Made by a program: the position numbers and the translations under genes. A stretch of DNA of 38,251 bases, taken from positions 1 to 38,251 of IMG/VR virus record IMGVR_UViG_3300033406_000021. The stretch is one strand, 5' to 3'. This document shows, in pieces, positions 33,206-38,251 of the stretch. Each line of letters starts with the position of its first letter. Position 1 is the stretch's first letter. Below the pieces are notes generated by a model. That model was given only the letters and a program-made list of their open reading frames with translations. It had not been told where the DNA came from and did not search any database. This DNA is from a virus. Lineage: Duplodnaviria > Caudoviricetes.

Positions 33206-35633
33206 TATGACCGACGCAAAGCACATCGAGGCCGCCCAGCTCTGCCAGAGCCAGGCGCTGCGTATTGCCGAGATTCACCCCAGCCCGACCAACCCGCGCA
33301 AGACCTTCCCCGAAGACGAGATGGCAGAGATGGTGGCCAGCGTCAAGCGCCACGGCGTCATGTCGCCGATCCTGGTACGCCCCTGGCCGGCCGCCTACGC
33401 CTTTGAAGGCGACGCCCCAAAGTACGAGCTGATTGCCGGCGAGCGCCGCTACCGCGCCGCCAAAGCCGCCGGCCTGGAATACATCAGCGGTACCGTGCGC
33501 GATCTCGACGACCACGAAACCCTTGAGCTGCAGATCATCGAAAACCTGCACCGCAAAGACCTCAACGAGCTGGAAGAGGCCGAGGGTTACGAGATGATGA
33601 TCAAGCGCTACAGCTACACCGCCGAGCAGCTGGCGGAGAAGATCGAGAAGAGCAAGGCGTATATCTACGCCAGGCTGAAGCTCACCGCCTTGTGCGAAAA
33701 GGCACGCGAGGCTTTCCGCAATGGCCTGCTCGATGCATCGCGCGCCCTGCTGATCGCCCGAATCCCGCTGGCCGCACTCCAGGCACGGGCCACTGAGGAA
33801 ATTGCCCACGGCTGGCAAGGCCCCATGAGCTACCGTGGCGCAGCCGAGCACGTGCAGCGCACCTACATGCTCAAGCTGGCCAATGCCACTTTCCCAATCA
33901 GCGACGATAGCCTGGTGGCCGGCGCCGGCCAGTGCCAACCCTGCCCGAAGCGCACCGGCAACACCCCGGAGATCTACCAGGACGTAAAGAGTGCAGACAT
34001 CTGCACGGATCCGGAATGCTTCGCCGCCAAGAAAGCCGCCTGGCTTGAGCGGCAAAAGTCCGAGGCCGCATCGACTGGCAAGACCGTCATCACTGGCGAC
34101 GATGCCCGAAAGATTATGCCCTACGGGCCCGACACCGACCTGCAGCATTACATCGTCCTGGACCGCCCGAACTACGACGCTCCGAAGATCGACGGCGCCC
34201 CCCCAACGCACCGCCAGATGCTGGCCGAAGCCAAGGTCGAAACGATGATGGTTGAGGACTTCCGCTCCGGAAAACTGGTAGAGGTCGCCAAGCGCAGCGA
34301 GGTCAAGAAAGCCTTGGTGGCCGCCGGCATCACCGCGCCCACCAGCTCATCCGAACGGGAGAAGGAAGCCGAAGCTCAAGCCCGCGAAGAAGGCGAATTC
34401 CGCCGCCGCCTGCACCGCCAGGTGCGCAGCGCCTTCGCCACGGACATCAGCGAACACGACGCCGCGCTCGACGAAGACGACATGCGCCTGATCGCCCGCC
34501 AGTTCTGGTCCTGCACCTGGAATGAAAACCAAAAGCGCCTCGCGGCCATCTGGATCGAGAGCGAGGAGAAGCTCGAGGAACATGCACGCATCCGCATGCT
34601 GACGGAACGGATCAACACCATGACCCCGGCCGAGCTATGTCTGCTGCTGATCGACCTTTCGCTCGTTGGCCAGACGCACATTAATACCTATTCCCGCGAA
34701 AACACCCCGACTCACCTCCTGGACATGGCCAAGCGCCTCTGTGTTTCGCCCGACACCATCCGCCGCGAAATGCTGGTCGAGAAGGAGGAGAAGGCCGCCA
34801 AGAAGAAGGGCAAGGCGAGCAAGGGAGCGAAGCCAGCCGTCGGGGAGGAGCAAGCTTCCGCTGCAGATGTGCTGCCCGACCCCACTGGCAAGCCCGCTAT
34901 CCGGCCTTTCGCCCCAGAAGTAGGAGATCGAGTCCGGATCCGCGAGGATGCAGATGCAGCCTGCTTTACCGGGAGAGAGGGTTATATCACCCAAATCGAA
35001 AAGGACACGGTGATCATCCACCTCGACTCGTACAAGACGACCTTCCGTTTCGCTCGCGAGGAATTCGACGTGGTTCCCGAGCCTCACCTGGCGGCGGAGT
35101 CCGAGCAGCCAGGCGCCGCAGAAGTGCAGCCGGAAACTGCAAATGCCGGGCGGCAAACGTACCAAGTCGGCAACCGCGTGCGCTATGCAGATGAAGGGAC
35201 TCCCGAGGCCGACGCAATCGCGACCGTCCAAGCAATCCACGAAAACGGGAACATCGAGATCCTGACCCACTCCGGGAAACGCATCGTGCTCGCCTCTTGG
35301 GCCACTGACCGTTGGATGAAGCCAGCACCTCTCGAAGCCGAACAAGAGCCCGCCGAAGACCCCGAACCACCCACCCGCAAGCCCACCAGCAAGATCGAGA
35401 CCCTCTACTGCCACCCGGAAAACGCCGACCTCGCCTGGACCGGCCGCGGCCGCAAGCCGAAGTGGGTCGAGGCCTGGCTTGAAAAGGGCGGCACGCTCGA
35501 ACAGCTGCTCGCCAAGAAGCGCCCAGCCCATAAGCCCAAGGCCACCAAGGCGGCCGCTTGCGAGATCTCGACGCCGCGCTGCGACAAAACCCTTGAACTG
35601 GCCGGCCTCGACGTCGCCCAGCCCACCGCTTAA
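33198..35633 (+). CDS. ParB/Spo0J-family protein fused to SH3/KOW-like repeats and an H-NS-type DNA-binding domain (811 aa)
   Basis: Start MNDMT at 33198 (GAGG RBS); NPRK.F, PILVRP, IAGERRYRA, ENL.R.DL..LEEA; C-terminal Y.HPE....WTGRGRKPKWV. Confidence 0.88.
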   Translation: MNDMTDAKHIEAAQLCQSQALRIAEIHPSPTNPRKTFPEDEMAEMVASVKRHGVMSPILVRPWPAAYAFEGDAPKYELIAGERRYRAAKAAGLEYISGTVRDLDDHETLELQIIENLHRKDLNELEEAEGYEMMIKRYSYTAEQLAEKIEKSKAYIYARLKLTALCEKAREAFRNGLLDASRALLIARIPLAALQARATEEIAHGWQGPMSYRGAAEHVQRTYMLKLANATFPISDDSLVAGAGQCQPCPKRTGNTPEIYQDVKSADICTDPECFAAKKAAWLERQKSEAASTGKTVITGDDARKIMPYGPDTDLQHYIVLDRPNYDAPKIDGAPPTHRQMLAEAKVETMMVEDFRSGKLVEVAKRSEVKKALVAAGITAPTSSSEREKEAEAQAREEGEFRRRLHRQVRSAFATDISEHDAALDEDDMRLIARQFWSCTWNENQKRLAAIWIESEEKLEEHARIRMLTERINTMTPAELCLLLIDLSLVGQTHINTYSRENTPTHLLDMAKRLCVSPDTIRREMLVEKEEKAAKKKGKASKGAKPAVGEEQASAADVLPDPTGKPAIRPFAPEVGDRVRIREDADAACFTGREGYITQIEKDTVIIHLDSYKTTFRFAREEFDVVPEPHLAAESEQPGAAEVQPETANAGRQTYQVGNRVRYADEGTPEADAIATVQAIHENGNIEILTHSGKRIVLASWATDRWMKPAPLEAEQEPAEDPEPPTRKPTSKIETLYCHPENADLAWTGRGRKPKWVEAWLEKGGTLEQLLAKKRPAHKPKATKAAACEISTPRCDKTLELAGLDVAQPTA

Positions 35634-35645
35634 CCGGAGAACGCA

Positions 35646-36506
35646 ATGTCGTACAACATCAAGCCGCTTTGTATCTATCACCACGGCTGCGCCGACGGCG
35701 TTGCTGCTGCCTGGGCCGTGCTCGAGTATCACCGCGAGCGCGAAATCGAAGTAGATCTGCACCCCGGGATCTACGGCGAAGCACCGCCCGACGTCACTGA
35801 CCGCGATGTGATCATGGTCGACTTCAGCTACAAGCGCGACGTGCTGCTGCAGCTGGCCGAGCAGGCCCGCAGCATCCTGATCCTGGACCACCACAAAACG
35901 GTGCTGGAGGATCTGGCTCCATTGAGCACCTTGCCCACCAATATCGATATCGCCTTCGACCTCAACCGATCCGGCGCTATGATCGCCTGGCAGCAATTCC
36001 ACCCGGAGCGCCCCGCCCCGCTGCTCTTCGACCACATTCAGGATCGCGACCTGTGGCGCTTCGAACTGATCGGCACCCGCGAGATCACCGCCGCCGTGCA
36101 TTCCCACGAGCTCAATCCTAAAACCTTTGGCGAGCTCGTGTTCAACGGCTGCGGCCGCCTGCTTAACGAGGGCCGAGCCATCCTGCGCAAGCAAAACAGC
36201 GACGTCGCCGCCATCATCCGCAACGCACGGCGCACCATGAAGTTTGGCGAATGCATCGTACCCGCCGCCAACGTGCCCTGGATGTACGCCAGCGACGTCG
36301 CCGGCGAACTGGCCAAGGGCTACCCCTTCGCCGTCACCTACTATGACGACGCCGACGGCCGCCGCTTCTCGCTGCGCTCAACCCAGGACGGCGCCGACGT
36401 CTCGCAGATCGCCAAAGCACTGGGCGGCGGTGGCCACGAGCACGCCGCCGGCTTCCGCATGACGCGGGAAGAGGCGCTTGATTTTGAAGTTGCGGGAGGG
36501 GTTTGA
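35646..36506 (+). CDS. DHH/DHHA1 phosphoesterase
   Basis: YH..CADG..AA, VDFS, LDHHKT, DRDLW, FSLRS, GGGGH..AAGF. Confidence 0.9.
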   Translation: MSYNIKPLCIYHHGCADGVAAAWAVLEYHREREIEVDLHPGIYGEAPPDVTDRDVIMVDFSYKRDVLLQLAEQARSILILDHHKTVLEDLAPLSTLPTNIDIAFDLNRSGAMIAWQQFHPERPAPLLFDHIQDRDLWRFELIGTREITAAVHSHELNPKTFGELVFNGCGRLLNEGRAILRKQNSDVAAIIRNARRTMKFGECIVPAANVPWMYASDVAGELAKGYPFAVTYYDDADGRRFSLRSTQDGADVSQIAKALGGGGHEHAAGFRMTREEALDFEVAGGV

Positions 36507-37030
36507 GCATGACCTGGCTACTCACTGCCTCCGGGCGCCAGTTCGACCCGATCGACCCACAGCCGGACATGATCGACCTGGTAGACATCGCCACCGGCCT
36601 TTCGAACGAATGCCGCTTTGCCGGCCAGTGCAAGTTCTTCTACAGCGTCGCCCAGCACTCCGTCCTGGTCAGTCAGCATGTACCGCCCCAGCACGCCTGG
36701 GAGGCTCTGCTGCACGATGCGGCAGAAGCGTACATCAAGGACATCCCGGCACCGATCAAGCGCCTGCTACCCGACTACCGCGCCCTCGAGCACAAGATTG
36801 AGTCGGCGATCCGTGCCCGCTTCGGCTTGCCACCGATCCAGACGCCCAGCATCAAGCACGCCGACCTTATGCTGCTCGCTACAGAGCGCCGTGACCTGAT
36901 GCCGGACACCGGCGATGCCTGGCCGATGATCGAAGGCATTGCGCCGCTCGACAAACGCATTCGTGCGGTCCACTCGTCGCAGGCCAAGTCGCACTTCATG
37001 CAACGAGCGCTGGAGGTACTGCAGGCATGA
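36503..37030 (+). CDS. HD-domain phosphohydrolase (YfbR/5'-deoxynucleotidase-like)
   Basis: DIA..LS..CRF.G, YSVAQHS, ALLHDA.EAY, K.AD...L.TE.RDL. Confidence 0.9.
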   Translation: MSMTWLLTASGRQFDPIDPQPDMIDLVDIATGLSNECRFAGQCKFFYSVAQHSVLVSQHVPPQHAWEALLHDAAEAYIKDIPAPIKRLLPDYRALEHKIESAIRARFGLPPIQTPSIKHADLMLLATERRDLMPDTGDAWPMIEGIAPLDKRIRAVHSSQAKSHFMQRALEVLQA

Positions 37031-37299
37031 GGAAATACATCCCGAAGCTGCAGCGCGTACCGCTGCTGCCCCCAATCGATGCGCCTAACTGGTCTGAGCT
37101 GATGAACGAACTGCTACAGGCCGGCGTTCCGAGAACGCGCATTGCCATTAATTGCCGCATGGCGCGCGAAACAATCTACGCCGTAGCCAAGGGCACGGCT
37201 GAACCGAAATGGAGTCAAGGGCAAATGCTGCTGCAGCTCAAGCGCTACTTGGGCGCACAAACCCCAGGACGTCACCCAACTCAGGAGCTCGAATCATGA
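37027..37299 (+). CDS. Small HTH DNA-binding protein
   Basis: W..L...L...G.....IA......RETI.....G..EP....G..LL.L XRE-like pattern. Confidence 0.7.
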   Translation: MRKYIPKLQRVPLLPPIDAPNWSELMNELLQAGVPRTRIAINCRMARETIYAVAKGTAEPKWSQGQMLLQLKRYLGAQTPGRHPTQELES

Positions 37300-37544
37300 T
37301 CCTCGGCAACCTGCCAACCGGCACCCTGCAGCACGCCAAGCTGAGCGGCGTCTGCTTCGAACCCCTCAAGGCCCAGACAACGGACGGCCGCCCCGCCCGC
37401 CTGGCCATCATCGACGAAGACGGCAAGGTGATCGAATCCGGCGACGCTGTTTCCAGCGAGGTATGGAACCTTGTCCGCGGGGTCTGGAGAAACTACCTCC
37501 AGGGCAAAGGCCACATCCGGGTTATTTCCGGTGGCGATCAATAA
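37296..37544 (+). CDS. Hypothetical protein (82 aa)
   Basis: Start MILGN at 37296, AGGAG RBS, ATGA coupling. Confidence 0.7.
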   Translation: MILGNLPTGTLQHAKLSGVCFEPLKAQTTDGRPARLAIIDEDGKVIESGDAVSSEVWNLVRGVWRNYLQGKGHIRVISGGDQ

Positions 37545-37607
37545 GACATTAGCATCGAAATCAGTTACTCGAAAACTTCGAGCAACTGACAGCAAAGAAA
37601 AAGGATC

Positions 37608-37790
37608 GTGAGCAAAGCCAATGCTGGCGAATTCGTCGTGCGCTGCATCATGTGCAACAAGGAATTCCGCGTCGGTGATAAAGCCAAGTGTGGCGGCCTC
37701 TACAACGGCCAGCCGATTTGCAAGACAGGCGATATTCAGCGCGAACTTGATAGCCGTCTTCCGCCACAGAGCAAGTCTTATAACCCGTAG
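37608..37790 (+). CDS. Small Cys-rich (Zn-ribbon-like) hypothetical protein
   Basis: GTG start with AAGGA RBS; CIMC...C...C. Confidence 0.5.
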   Translation: MSKANAGEFVVRCIMCNKEFRVGDKAKCGGLYNGQPICKTGDIQRELDSRLPPQSKSYNP

Positions 37791-37833
37791 GAAAATGGTG
37801 GCATTCGGAAATCCGCCCACCACCAACGACATC

Positions 37834-37864
37834 ACGGCCAGCCTAGCGCTGGCCGTTTTCTTTT
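37834..37864 (+). terminator. Intrinsic terminator ending the early operon
   Basis: ACGGCCAGC-CTAGC-GCTGGCCGT-TTTCTTTT. Confidence 0.8.
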
Positions 37865-37886
37865 CCGCATGCACTAGAATGCGCGA

Positions 37887-38105
37887 ATGTCTCTCGTCCT
37901 GATCATCGTCATCGGCTGGCTCTATGTGACCGTGTTGGTTGCCGCCAATGAGCCGACCATCATTTCCGGCATCATCTCATTTGCCTTCTACGGCCTGTTG
38001 CCGTGCAGCCTGCTCATTTACTTCGCTGGATCGCGAGTTCGCAGAGAGCGCAAGCGTTTCAGAGAAATGAAGGCGGCCGAGTCGGCCCAAAAGACCAGCG
38101 AATAA
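37887..38105 (+). CDS. Phage-borne intact homolog of the interrupted host small membrane protein (72 aa, 2 TMs + basic tail)
   Basis: 31/42 identical residues (hand alignment) to the reconstituted host protein; TAGAAT 6 nt before the ATG. Confidence 0.88.
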   Translation: MSLVLIIVIGWLYVTVLVAANEPTIISGIISFAFYGLLPCSLLIYFAGSRVRRERKRFREMKAAESAQKTSE

Positions 38106-38107
38106 AC

Positions 38108-38147
38108 GTGTACTTGTCAGTGCATTTAGCTGGCTTTATGTAACATT
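38108..38147. other. attR: attR (phage P arm + TG crossover + host B' arm)
   Basis: GTGTACTTGTCAGTGCATTTAGC (38108-38130) is inverted to 124-146; shared core GCTGGCT. Confidence 0.88.
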
Positions 38148-38251
38148 GCTGGTTGCCGCCAACGAACCAAGCATCGTTGCCGGCATAATTTCATTCTTTT
38201 TTTATGGGCTGCTGCCCTGCGGACTGCTGCTCTGGATCAGTGGCAGCAAGG
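38131..38251 (+). pseudogene. 3' fragment of the interrupted host gene (runs off the window)
   Basis: WLYVTLLVAANEPSIVAGIISFFFYGLLPCGLLLWISGSK; no in-frame start between the upstream TGA (38068) and the crossover. Confidence 0.85.

Larger units (their letters stand above)
122..38132. mobile_element. Complete prophage (~38.0 kb): serine integrase, HK97-type head, Mu-like contractile tail, lambdoid immunity region
   Basis: attL/attR pair; apparently intact integration, lysis, tail, head, packaging, replication and regulatory modules. Confidence 0.93.

Noticed and set aside
37911-37921. 11-bp direct repeat ATCGGCTGGCT shared with 116-126 as the attR core
   Set aside because: Longer than the true 7-bp core, but it has no inverted arm matching 124-146. 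The 38108-38132 site gives a 20/23 symmetric attP and explains the start-less gene fragment beyond it.
38101-38251. Independent tandem paralog of 37887..38105
   Set aside because: No in-frame start upstream of the conserved region; its missing N-terminus is at 101-123.

Overview
The window is essentially one complete ~38.0-kb temperate prophage in a GC-rich proteobacterial host; the CTGT-N8-ACAG SOS box is consistent with Beta/Gammaproteobacteria. Both att sites can be read from the sequence: attL has its crossover TG at 122-123 and attR at 38131-38132, and the reconstituted attP is a 23-bp imperfect inverted repeat. A large serine integrase inserted the phage into codon 8 of a small host membrane-protein gene, and the phage carries its own intact homolog of that gene just inside attR. 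Left to right the window holds: integrase; SRAP plus a LexA-boxed small gene; a secreted moron; lysis genes (nested spanins, GH19 endolysin, two holin-like genes); a Mu-like contractile tail; an HK97-like head and terminase/HNH module; a Zn-finger late regulator; a replication initiator with internal iterons and a DnaA box; and a cII/cro/cI switch with ACAAC-N5-GTTGT operators. A 3.5-kb accessory cassette sits in the lambda rexAB position (HipA-like kinase plus DUF3037-like partner, an orphan two-gene operon behind operator-like sites, and a membrane-anchored WYL-TerB protein). The pL early operon follows, with a minimal GNAT, a ParB/H-NS fusion, and DHH and HD phosphohydrolases. All family assignments come from motif recognition by eye, not database searches.
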